From Octopus vulgaris (lineage: Eukaryota), in the NCBI GenBank assembly GCA_951406725.2, contig OX597818.1, forward strand, positions 85,250,001-85,314,000: a stretch of DNA of 64,000 nucleotides, given 5' to 3'. The position numbers and the translations under genes were made by a program. Positions 38,837 through 51,800 of this stretch are shown here, piece after piece. The stretch's first letter is position 1; each line of letters begins with the position of its first letter. The notes beneath the pieces were generated by a model that worked only from the letters and a program-made list of their open reading frames with translations, was not told where the DNA came from and searched no databases.

Positions 38837-40512
38837 ATATATATAACATTCCCTTTCCATGTCTTGGGCTACATGGTTTGACAGGATCCAGTGAACCACA
38901 GAGCTTATATTGTGCTACTTGTCAGCTCTGTCAGCGTTTCTATGTTTGGATACCCTTCCTAACACTAAAGTGCATAGAGGGTGCTATTATTCTTCATGCT
39001 GCCAGCATGAAATAACTGCATGTAAATATTATTTATAGCTTTATCTACTGTTAAAAATAAATTGGTTCACTTTCTCTCAGTTTCTAAAGTCATCATTTGT
39101 GAGTGCATGTTGTGTCTCATTGTCTTGGTATCAACATGATAGTTGTAAAGGAGTGTCACTGTCACACAAGAATGCTGTTCATTTCCAATTTTCTGCAAAA
39201 GGGGACATATTAACTTGTTTGGAAACTGGTGAGGATTGGCCACAAGAAAGGTATCTAGTTGTAGCTCTCATGAAAGCATGCCAAAGTGGACATTAAAATG
39301 ATGATCATGATATTGTTCATTTTAATGTCCATTTTCCCATGCTTGTATAGGTTATGTATGTATGTATGAATGTATGTATATGTTCGTGTGTGTGTGCATA
39401 TCGATATATGTATATGTCTGTGTAGTAAGAAGTTTGGTTCCGGGTTCAGTCCCACTGCATGGCACCTTGGGAAAGTGTCTTCTACTATAGCCTTGGGCAT
39501 CATATATATATATGTGTGTGTGTGTCTGTGTGTCAGTGTTTGTCTCCCACCCCCATGCCATTGCTTGACAGCCAATGCTGGTGTGCTTTTGTGTCCATAA
39601 CTTAGCAATTTGGCAAAAGAGACCAATAGCATAAGTACAAGGCTTATATACACACTCACATAGCTAAATAAAATCATATGTCTCTGCATACAGGTATATC
39701 CTCTGTATCTCTCTTCCTAATCTTGTTGGCTCATGGGTACTGGTGCCATGTGAAAAGCACCCAGTACACTTTGTCAAGTGGTTGGCATTAGGAATGGCAT
39801 CAAGCTGTAGAACCCATGCCAAAACAGACATGGAACCCATGCAGCTCATCAGCTGACCAGCTCCTATCAAACTACTCATCCCATGCCAGCATGGAAAATG
39901 AATGTTAAATGATGGTGATGGTGATGCTATATATGAGAGATAGAGACAGCTTTTTATCATAAAAGTTAGAAAGGTATACAAATAAATTTTTCAATTAGTG
40001 ATCTATATCAAGAATATTTGAAAAAAAAAAGTTGAAAATTGAGGTAACAAACATCGTAAACATTGTTTTAAAAAAGATAAAATCTAAAACAAACAATGTC
40101 ATTAAAAATTGTGCTTCGAAATACTCCATTTAGGCACCGAACAAAGCACTGCTTTAAATTATTTAATAGTTTGCACTTCAAAGCAATCCATAATGTTCTG
40201 TGTTTGTTCACCATTTATGTTATGTTTATATTCAATTACGTTTTATATTCACAGTTTATGATTTTATTTGGTTATATTTTCTTTATGTTCACTGTTATGT
40301 TTATATACATCAACATACACCTGTGTTTTGATGTGTGTGTATGTGTATGCACACACACAATTTGAGTACCAAATGTGTGGTTGTGTTGTTTGTTTGTAGG
40401 TATTTCACTGCTTTTGTTAATATTTTAGCATATGAATACAGTGTCACACTATATAAACATACATACACTTCATTCATATTGTTAGAAGGATCATCATCAT
40501 CATTACCAACAC

Positions 40513-40565
<53 letters not shown>

Positions 40566-40909
40566 CCACTAGCATTTATTTTTTGGTTTCAAAACTTTCT
40601 CATATCATTATTTCTGTAGCTGTTATCTCTTGAATAAAAATTAAGTGAAAACTGTAATGTTTGATATATATGTTAAAAGTAAACCCCAACTCACAATAAA
40701 CAATGTGCCCACTCCATCACAGAAAAATGCAACAAAACATAGTAATGATGTACTAATTGATACTGCATGTGTGCTCTTCCATAAAGCCCAATAAAACAGC
40801 TTCAATGAAGTCACAAGAATTGCTTGAAATAGCAGCTAAATTCACCTCAAAGCACACTACCTGTTATGAAAACAGGAAAGACACTGAAAACAAAATCTTT
40901 GGTTCACAC

Positions 40910-41312
40910 CAGGGATTCTCAACCATTTTTTAACCTATGGACCCCTGTAATTAATATTCTATTCTGGTGGACCCCCATAGCCATTCGAAGTTTAAAAACT
41001 AGTTTAGAAAGAAACCTAGCTGCTTTGTGCAATACATCTAAAGGAAAATTTTTTCAGGCGCCCTCAAAATACTGTCATGTATCCCCAATTTACTATTTTG
41101 TTACGTGGACCCTAGTTGAGAACCACTGTGTTAGAGAAAGAAACCTAGCTGTTTCTTGTAATACATACCAATACATACATATAAAGCAAAATTTTTTTCA
41201 GGAGCCCTTAAAATACTATTGTGAATCCCCAATTTACTATATTGTTTTGTGGATCCAAAAAAATCGTATATGGACCCTCAGCGGTTATATAGACTCCAGT
41301 TGAGAACCACTG
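40910..41312. mobile_element. hAT (Charlie-like) MITE with internally duplicated right end
   Basis: TIRs cagggattctcaac / gttgagaaccactg; imperfect 8-bp TSD gttcacac / gtttaccc; a second right TIR ends at 41128. Confidence 0.75.
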
Positions 41313-41367
41313 GTTTACCCTATTATGTGTGAGTGAGGGGGAAAGATTTAGTTGCAGGTGGAATCTT

Positions 41368-41598
41368 TTTAACTCATTAGCATTCAGATTACCTTGTCAA
41401 ATGTAATGCTTATTTATTCACATTTGTTTTGAATTAATCATACATTAATTCATAGCTTTCAGATTTCAGTGATGTGGTTGCTTATTTTTAGAATGACATA
41501 GTAAAATTAGGTGTGAGAGACTTAATCTGGTCAGTTTGAACATGAAACTGGTGGAATATTTGTACCGGATATACTCGGCTTGAGTGCTAAAGGGTTAT
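41368..41598. mobile_element. piggyBac-like MITE family A copy
   Basis: ttaactcattagcattcagatt ... gagtgctaaagggtta. Confidence 0.7.
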
Positions 41599-42508
41599 GT
41601 TTTGGTTGAATAAAGCTAATGAAGGCTTAAGCAACAGCTAATTCTATTACTACAACTACTACTGGTGCTGGTGCTACTGCTACATCTACTACTACTACTA
41701 CTACTACTACTACCTCCACCACCACCACCATCATCACTACTACTATTACTACTACTACCACCACCACCATCACTACTACTACTACTACGACCATCACTGC
41801 TACTCACTACTACTACTACTACTGCTGCTACTATTATACCCTGATAATCTTCATTTGTGGCTTGAAAACATGATTATGTCAGAAAAAATATAACAAAGGA
41901 AACAAAGCAAGAATGACTATGGTAGAAAATATGGTTGGTTCTAAGTTAGCTTGAATATAAAATCATTTGGAGTATCGTAACTGACTTGGGACTTGAACGT
42001 ATTTTGTATTATTTATTTACTTCTCTTTTGCAAACATTTTATTTTTCTATTTACCATTCCTGGAGAAGGATGGATGGATGGATGGATCAAAGTTTAAACT
42101 TTTCATGAAAACTGTTTGATTATTTATTTCTTGTGAAATATTCAATAAACTTATCCTTTGTGTTGTACTTGAAGGGTTTATTTGAACGAAATGATCCCAC
42201 TCCTCTTTTTTCCATTTCTAGTACTTATTTTGTTGTTTTGTTTTGCTACAATAAGTTACAGGGACATAAACAAGCCAACACCAGTTGACAAGCGGTATTT
42301 GCAGATTAAAACACACACACACACACAGATAGATGTTAATCCTGGAGTTCACTCTTTTAAGCTCAACAGCAGATACAGGCTATCAGACATGCCTTTAATT
42401 TGAAGATTGATATTTTTCAAATCATGTTTTAGAAGATCCATAAATATTCATTGCATTTATGTAATTATTTCCAATGAGAATGGAGTGAGCAAGTTGTTTT
42501 ATTAAGTA

Positions 42509-42575
42509 AATTTACAATTGTTTCATCAACATCCAAACTCATATTATTACAGTTAAAAGTTGACTCATTAGAATC
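42509..42575 (-). ncRNA. Degenerate type-I hammerhead motif (core G5 to A)
   Basis: Minus strand: att CTAATGA GTCAAC [28 nt] GTTGAT GAAA caattg TA aat; same CAATTG stem III as 62362-62437. Confidence 0.55.
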
Positions 42576-43050
42576 ATATATAAAATATAATTCTATACAT
42601 ACACATGTATGTATCTGTCTATTATATCCATTCACAAGGTGTTGATTGACCCAAGATTATTGTAGACGACACTTACTCAAGGTGCTGTGCAATGAGACTG
42701 AACCCAAGGCCTTACAGATAGGAAGCAAGCTGCTTAATCACACAAGCCTTGCTTGCACAAATGGTGACAAACTTTTTAATCCCCTCCAATCATTTTTAAC
42801 TTCAAATGAGATATATGAATAGCTTTATATTAGCTTGAATATTTTTTGTATTTCTATCCAACTGGTGATGATCCATGTCTCGTGCAACACACTTCTCTAA
42901 AAGGGGTTGCCTATACTTAGATTGGACCCTTCAAAGTGATACCCCAGCCCTGCTGCAGTTCAATGGCTGAAGTTAGTTGGAGAATAAAAGAATTTGATGG
43001 AAGCCTTCTGTAATTTGATGGCCAGTGAATTATCTTCAATGATGAATTCA

Positions 43051-43650
43051 GTTAGCCCTTTTAGTACCAATACACCTGAGAATGCCTTTTGTTATATGAT
43101 GCAGATTTCATTGTTTAAAGTGGTCTGACACTTTAGCATTCAGATTATTCTGCCACATGTATTCTTCACTGTCAAAGACAACAGATGAGCACTCTGCAAT
43201 TTCTTGAACACTCTGCACAAATGATTTGTTTATTGTGATCAAATGTTTGTACTCCACATAAAGCTAATGCCTTTCATCAAATTGACATTGCCTGAACAGG
43301 TGCACAATATGTCAGATGTCAAAGTGATCACAGAGCATGAGATAAAGTGTTTTGTTTAGAACACAATTAATTGCTTGGTCTGAGAATTGGAACCACGATT
43401 TTGCAGTTGTGCGGGCAACACCCCAACCACTAAGTCACATACCCCCTACCAAATGTCATGCCTATTTATTTACATTGTTTTGAACTAATAATGTATGATT
43501 TCATAGCTTCGAGATTTCAAAGATGTGATTGTTTATTTTTAGAATGACATTGTAGTGTGGGTGTGGGAAACAGAATCTTGAGCCACTTTAAATGCTAAAA
43601 GACTAAATTAAAACCTTCAGTCAAAATTTCATGTTAATTTATGTTCAAAC
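43051..43650. mobile_element. Triple nest: SINE inside MITE family A inside MITE family B
   Basis: Family B breaks at about 43126 and resumes at about 43604 (aaattaaaaccttc). Family A runs about 43129-43602 and is itself split by a minus-strand SINE at about 43160-43447 (relative at about 46125-46395). Confidence 0.6.
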
Positions 43651-46056
43651 ATAAATACCAGCAGTGAAATTCAAAAGTGCAACAACTGTACACAGAATAA
43701 AACAGGAAAAAGACAGAAAAGTATATAGGTACAGTTGTGGCTCTATGATAAGAAGCTTGCTTCCCAACCTCAGGTTCTTGGTTCAGTCCCACTTTGTGGC
43801 ACCTTGGGCAAGTGTTTTCTTCCATATCCACAAGCTGACCAAAGCCTTGTGAGTGGATTTGGTTGAGGGCAACTGAAAGAACCTGTTTTGTATGTATATA
43901 TGTATGTGTGTATTTGTCTTTGTGTTTGTCCTCCATCATTACTTGGAAACCCTGTAACATAGCAGTTTGACTAAGGAGACTGATAGGATAAGTACTAAGC
44001 TTAAGAAATAAGTCCTGGGGTTAATTTGTTCAACTAAAACCCATCAAAGTGGTACTTTAACATGGCTACAGTCAAATGACTGAAACAAGTAAGATAATAA
44101 AAGTAAAAGAGCCATAAAAAGGAATGAGTACATAGGTACATTAGGAATAATGTTGGCGAAACAGAAATTTTGAAGGGTGCAGTTGCCTGACAGTTAATAA
44201 CCAACACATGTATAAAGATAATGGTAAATCTTGAATTATAAAGGTAGATCATAAATTGTAATGATAGATCCCCAGTGTTTATTTTATCTCATTGAGAACT
44301 AGGTTAATGTGAGATGGCTGTGATGGGATTACAATAAAACAGCTTAATTAGTAGTTACTGTCTACACCTTGAGTTTATCTGGATGATTGGAAATGGTCTT
44401 ATTTCTTCTTTGACACAGAATGTGTGTGTGTGTGTGTGTCCTTTTATCGGCCACCATAAAAAATACTAAGACTAAAATAATCTATACAAACATTTTCTCC
44501 TCAGTCACAAACAATCTATATGTATACATTCACCCACCACCCATATATAACTTGTAGATATGGCATGCATACTGTACACCACTCATGACTGTTCTCTCAT
44601 GCACATACACAAATACACACACTCACATAGAAGTAGAGAAATGAAGGTTACACACACCACAAATGCTGGTGACATACAGCTCATGCACACGCACACACAA
44701 ATGCAGGTGACATGCACTCTATGCCACACATGCATACACACATAAATGCAGGTAACATTCTCTCTATGCTACAAATACACAATACACACACTCATTCACA
44801 CACGCAAACACATATTCACACAAACACACACACTCATACATAAATGTAGGTGACAACACTCCATGCAAACATACTTACATCCACACACACACACACACAC
44901 ACACACACCATTCACCCCCACTAACATAAGAGAGCACACAGTAAAGACCGGACATGAACACAAGGTAAATATCTTTCTGGATATCCGGGATTAGGTGGTA
45001 GGTCAACACAAGATACTTCCCCACACGCACATCTCTTTACGGCTCAAAGTTACTCTCCTTATTTCAACTGTCACTGAAGGCAGTGAGCAGGAAGAATTAT
45101 TACTATGCCAGACAATTTGTTTAGTGGCATTTCTTCTGGCGTTATGCCTTTATTTCCAATTCAACATAGGTCAACTTTGCCTTTTATCCTTTTGAGATCG
45201 ATAAGATAAGTACAAGTAGAGCACTGGAGTTGATGCAATCATCTTACCCCCTGCTCCAGAATTGCAGACCTTGTGCCTACAATTAAAAAGAATATTTCTT
45301 CTTTAACTATTTATATTTCTTGCATATATGTGATGATACTAGTAGCAGCAGCAGTAGTGGTGGTGTATGTGTGTTGCTTTATTATCCAATGCACACACTT
45401 TTGTAGAGCGTGCAGACCTTGGTCTTTCCCTCCATATATAAATATGTGTGTGTGTATGTGTATGTATATATGTGTATGTGTAATGTATAGCAAAGGGGCA
45501 CATGTAGTTAGAAGCTTGCTTCTCAACCATGTGGTCTTGGCTTCTGTCCCCACTGCACAGTACCAAAAAAAGTGTATTTTTCTATAGTGCTGAGCTGACC
45601 AAAAGTTTGTGCATGAATTTGGGTGAGTACCAGGTTTAGAAAATAAAATAAGTATTCGTAGCGATTTGTTTGACTAAACCCTATAAGACACTGCTCTAGC
45701 ATGGCTGCAATCCAATGACTGAAGCAAAAGAAACACACACACAAAATCAGGATTCAAGCGAATCAGGCACTTAAATGGTAAGGCACCAAGTTGGATCAAA
45801 ATAGAGTAATACATATGTAGGTACCAAAGTACCTACATATGCATTTCTATACAGCAAGGGTCTTAGAATCATGGAGGTGCATTTCCTGTTGGCTTTTGAA
45901 TGTTTTTGGATGTTGCGGTTCATGTATTCACCTGATGAAAACAGTATTTTTTTTTCTAATGATGCAATGTCTCCATTAATTAATTAAAAAGTCATTAGAA
46001 ACAGCTGTAGTGAATTGACACATTATCCATCTGTTTATATATATATATAAATATAT

Positions 46057-46125
<69 letters not shown>

Positions 46126-46415
46126 TGCATAGCTTAGTAGTTAAAGTGTTGCAGTCATAAGCATGAGAGTGGTGTTTCAGTTCCTTGACCAGGTGGTGTG
46201 TTGTGTTCTTGAGCAAAACACTTTATTTCACATTGCCCTGCTGTTATTTCAACTCCTGACGTGTGATACACCGTGCACCTGTTTAAGCGATATCGATTTG
46301 ATGAAGAGAGTGAGCTGACGCACAGCACATACATTTGATCATAATAAACAAATCATTTATGCAGGTTTCATACGTCGTTTTCAACTGGAGAGTCTATAAT
46401 ACACACACGCACACG

Positions 46416-46474
<59 letters not shown>

Positions 46475-46836
46475 TCTTATTCTTTTACTTGTTTCAGTCA
46501 TTTGACTATGTTCATGCAAGAGCACTGCCTTTAAAGATCTTTTTTTGGGTCAAAGAAATTGACCCTGGAATTTATTATTTGTAAGCTTAGTATTTATTCT
46601 ATTAGTCACTTTTGCTGAACTGCCATGTAAACACACCAACATTGGTTGTCAGGTGATGGTTGGAGAACAAACACAGACACAAAGACACACACACATAAAT
46701 ATAGATACAGATATATGAAATAAGTATATATGTCCCACCCATGCAAGCATAGAAGGCAGGTGTTAAACGATGATGATGATGGTGGTTTATATTATTTGTT
46801 TTTCTGAGATATAAATGCACTCACCAACCCTCCATA

Positions 46837-46889
<53 letters not shown>

Positions 46890-47391
46890 TGTACACACAC
46901 ACACACACACATCCATGCACTTAGACACACATAGTATTGAATACTGTATTTAGTTGATGTGTGTGTTGGTGTGCAAACTTCAAAATTTTTGTTTCTGCTT
47001 ATATAATTAATTCAAATAGTTGACACACAAACACACAGCCGCCTACCATCACCCACATGCTTTTTTATTACACACCTACATATAGCAAAGAGTAGGACAG
47101 CTGAAAGAGTGAGGAAGCCAGGGAAGGAGATTCATTCAGTAAATTATTTAGGTCAGGGAATGACCTTAAATCTAATCAGTGAGCATTCTCTACATTCTCA
47201 TTCTTGTCCTGACTCAGGAGGTCACGTACATGTTTTGTATAAATACAGTTGTATATGTGTGTGTATATATATATATATATATACTTATCATCATCATCAC
47301 CACCATCATTTAACGGCTGTTGCCCATACTGGGATGGGTTGGACCCTATCTATCTATATATGTAAAGCATAATATATTATACATTTATGTA

Positions 47392-47757
47392 TCTCTCTCT
47401 ATATAAACGGCAGTTTGTCTGTGCGTGTTTCTGTGTGTCTGTTTTCTCGTACCCTCACCCTGACCACGGCTTTCAACCGATTCTGATGAAACTTGACACA
47501 CACATAGCCCAATGTCATAATTCAAAACTAACGCAGCGAAAATTTTGAAAAGTTCGCCCAGTTCTGAAAAAAATCGATAAATTCGACATGGGGTCGAGAA
47601 TCAGAAACCCAAACCACAGACCGTCTAGGGGACGCAACTCCACCTTTTTTAACTCATTTTTTCCCCATTTTTTTGCTATTTTTTGGCTATAACTCTCTAA
47701 AAATGCTTTATAGTTATTTCCCTTACAAACCTGAGCAACGCCGGGCGATACTGCTAG
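47392..47757 (+). mobile_element. Non-autonomous Helitron (366 bp)
   Basis: A | TCtctctctatataaa ... subterminal hairpin cctgagcaacgccggg ... CTAG | T; no TSD; CpG-rich relative to flanks. Confidence 0.82.
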
Positions 47758-47851
47758 TATTGTTATAATTGTCTTTTAAAAAAATAAATAGACATAAAAT
47801 ATAATGTCTAAAAGTTGAATACCACCTCTTGATCCCCTCCATTTTCTTGTT

Positions 47852-47931
<80 letters not shown>

Positions 47932-48085
47932 AGGGAGAGATGCTGTGATCAATAGGTAGATATACATGTGTGTGTATGAATATACACACATATACACTCA
48001 CACACAGATACATACTGTTGAATATAAATATATATATATAAATGTATATATTTCGATAGTTAACATGCTATTTAATATATATATA

Positions 48086-48386
48086 CGAAGGGGTGCTGAA
48101 AAGTTCCTGTTTTGGATTTTAAAAAAATACAGGGGGATCAGTTAATTATGGTTTTAATCAACCTATTCCTCTCTCTGATTCAGTCACTTATTGCAGCTGT
48201 TCTCCAATTTTTCTAAGCCCTGTAAAAAAACTTAGAAGGTTGGACCTCCAGCTAGGCCTTTTGCGATACCTTTAAACTCATAACATCAGTTGACATAAAT
48301 TTACATGCACTGTGTACTTGCTTTGAATCAGATGAAAATATACACACCCCTATCTGCTGCAGTTTTGTACCTGTTTATGTACTAGT

Positions 48387-48427
<41 letters not shown>

Positions 48428-48881
48428 CTGTCACTCGCAGAATCAATAATAGGGGTCACCATGCAAATTTCAAGGAATCTGATAGGTTTGTTACACTATT
48501 CTTCATGTAAGTATTTCCAACTCTGTTCGAGACTTAATCACCATAATAGTATAAAAGCAGCAGTTTTGGCAGTTACACCGCTATTTTGACTATGACTTCC
48601 TATCAAATTCATACACATTCAGCGAATTCTTCTGGTCCTTCATAGAATTTACAGTTGCCTCCAGCTTCACCAGTTTCGTTGAAATTATGGTTCTCACAGT
48701 GATGAAAGTTTACATAAATAAACAGTGCATGCTATGAAGCGGTTGACAGATATATGCTGAACCAGTGTCGTGCACTAATTACTGATCTCAGCCAAGATAA
48801 TTACTGTCAGTGCAACCCAGTTACCTAATAAAAAAACCCATTGTCATGAGGTTAAAACCAGGAACTTTTCAGCACCCCTTG
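48086..48881. mobile_element. Mariner-type MITE copy 3 carrying a nested TTAA-flanked insert
   Basis: TA | cgaaggggtgctgaaaagttcctg ... caggaacttttcagcaccccttg | TA; body matches 1577-1793. Confidence 0.82.
48276..48851. mobile_element. piggyBac-like non-autonomous element (576 bp)
   Basis: TTAA (48272-48275) | actcataaca ... tgtcatgagg | TTAA (48852-48855). The uninterrupted MITE copy 1 has a single TTAA at this site (cccttaaagccagg). Confidence 0.72.
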
Positions 48882-51800
48882 TATATAAATACTTTTTATT
48901 AAGAAGAATATAGTGTTGACAGTGACTTTGAAGTTTTGATTTGCATATGAAAGCTAATTAGGCTAAAACTTCGTCTTGTTCAAAAATTGTGTGTGTATAT
49001 GTGTGGTTAGATACACATATAGATACAAATGTAGATATCTAGATATGAGAGACGAGAGAGAGAGATATGTATGTGTGTCTTCATACACAAAGATTGTTAC
49101 ATTCATGAAATATATATGTATACTAATTTATAAGTAGACTAATAAGTACTTTCACACACATATACATACTTAAGTGTTGTCATATCTAGCTAGCCTACCT
49201 ACCTTATATTTAAGTATGTTTGTCTATACATTTTCAGTGACACATTCCATCCATATACATATACACAATTTCTGCACAGTTAATTCCTGTAAAAGAACCT
49301 TGATTCTTGGTTAGAAACTAGGTCTTTCTCTTTTGGTAAGAGATAAAACCAGAGCTACATGCATAAGTACAGAAGTGGTAGTATTTCATCATGGCAGGTG
49401 TAATACCCTGACAACTGCAATGATAATTATCTCTTCTGAAGTCATTCATTTCTGTTATTCTGTGAGACCATGTCTAGTCATAGGGGAATATTACTTTATT
49501 TAGAAAAAAGGTATGGGTAGGTGACAAGGAAGAGCATTTGGTTGTAGCAAAGCTGCTCCAATAAATCTGTCCGACCCATGCAAGCATGGAAATGTAGATG
49601 TTAAAATGATGAATGATGACTTTATTGTTACAGAATTATTGATGCTAAGCTAGGTTTATCCATCCTTTTGACTGCATTTCTAGCAACCCTCGTCATGAGG
49701 CAACATGCTGTTATAGCGACAGGCAGTCCGGTCATGTAACTTATTGTACTGGATTACCTTATCAGTTGTGCTCAAAGCCATGTGACCTACATATATACAT
49801 ATGCATGTACTAATAATCACTAGTGCACTTGGTTTACATATCTAAATAATAAAGTGAAAATATGAAAAACTAGGATGTTCAAGTAAAGAAAGAAAAAATG
49901 CAAATACAGTCTATTATAAATGGAACAGGAAAAATATGCAATACTTTCCCAATAATAGGCACAAAGATGGTTGTGCAGTTAAGAAGTTCATTTTCTAACC
50001 CTGTGGTTTTGATTTCATTCCTGCTGCATGACATTTTGGGCAAGGGTCTTCTACTGTATCCTCAGATTGGCCTATGCTTTATGAGTGAATTTAGTAGGTG
50101 GAAACTGTGTGAACCCTGTTGTGTGTGTGTGTGTGTGTGTTTGCTTCCTCTATCCACCACTTGACAACTAGTTTTGGTTTGTTTACATCCCTGTAATGTT
50201 ATGGTTTGGCAAGAGAGACTTATAGACTAAGCACCAGACTATTAAAAGGAAAAAGACAAACAAAATTTGACCAATTTGTTTCACTAAAACCCATCAAGGC
50301 AGTGCTCTGGCATGGCTGCAATCTAATGACTGAAACAAGTAAAAGTTAATAATATGGCAAAAAAAGAAATGAACATGAAAGAACTATCATTGTTGTTGGC
50401 CAAATTCCAATAACAGAGCTCTTGTTTCTTTATTTGAAGCCAGCTCTCTCCTTTTGGGAAGAATTCTTATGAATAAAAATTATGTGAAGACATACATACA
50501 TATTATGTGAAAGCATGTATGCATACATACGTAGATGCATGATGCATGCATACATATGAAGGTACACACACTGCTACATATATTTATGTACATACAGATA
50601 CACACATAGACACTTGTAGCACACCACCATCACTATTTTCCATCGTATTTTTGATTAGTGAAATAATTTTCCACTAAAATCTCTTGCTCATGTTCTATTA
50701 CATATCATAAAATACAATGGAACTCCTTCCCAGGTTATATAGATTCATAAGGCTGAATTCTTGTTTTCTGTAGTATATATTTATTCCTCACTGAATAGGA
50801 CGTTAGTCTGTCACAGGAATACTCATTTTTGGCTGCTAAGTGGACTGGAGCAGTGTGAAATGAAGTATTTTGCCTAAGGACATAATGCATTGCCTGGTCC
50901 AGAAATTGAAACAACAATCTTATGAGCCCAACAACCTAACCTAACCACTAAGCCATTCAGTATTTATCATAAGATGAGCTCATTTCTTACCCCCATCTCT
51001 CTCTCTCATTTACATATACTTTTTTTCATACAAGTACTTAGTGACCCTGTCAGTGCAGGTGCCACTTAAAAAGCACCCAGTCCACACTGTAAAGTGGTTT
51101 GTGTTTGGAAGAGCATCCTGCTGTAAAAATCTTCCCAAAACTGATCTCACTTGTGCATGGGCCACGTAAAAAGCACTACTCACCCTGCCTGTGCTTGTGC
51201 CATGAAATAAGCACTGAGTCCCCTCTGCTGAGTGGTTGGTGTTAGGAAGGGCATCCGACTGGAAGAATCTTGTGAAAACAGTCACAGAAGTTTGGTGCAG
51301 GCTTCGGCCTGGCTAGCTCTTGTTAAACCATCCCACCCATGCTAGCATGGAAGACGGACATTAAACAATGATGATGATGAAACCTCTTATGCCACATGAT
51401 GCCATGCCTTTCTCCCATTACAACATGCTTGTTCAGCTGCACACAACACTGTCCCTCTTTATCTCCAAAATATTGGTCAAATTTGTAGTCTAACAGCTTA
51501 ACCACTCAGCCATTTCATTTCTTTAAGTTTGGTTACTAAATCTACTAATAAACACTGAAAACTGATCCATTAAAAAGTGTCTACTTCTTTAGTAGATCGA
51601 TAAAAAAGCATCTGCTTGTTTTTGATACAGACCTGCCTCAATCAGACTACCCATGTTTCTATGATATGAAGTTTGATTTAAAGTGATTTAAACTTAAAAT
51701 CTTCCATCAAAATTTCATGTTAATGTATACCCCAAACACCTGCTTAATAATGACATTGTTATTTTACTAATTTCTTCATTATTTTCATTGAAATAATGGC

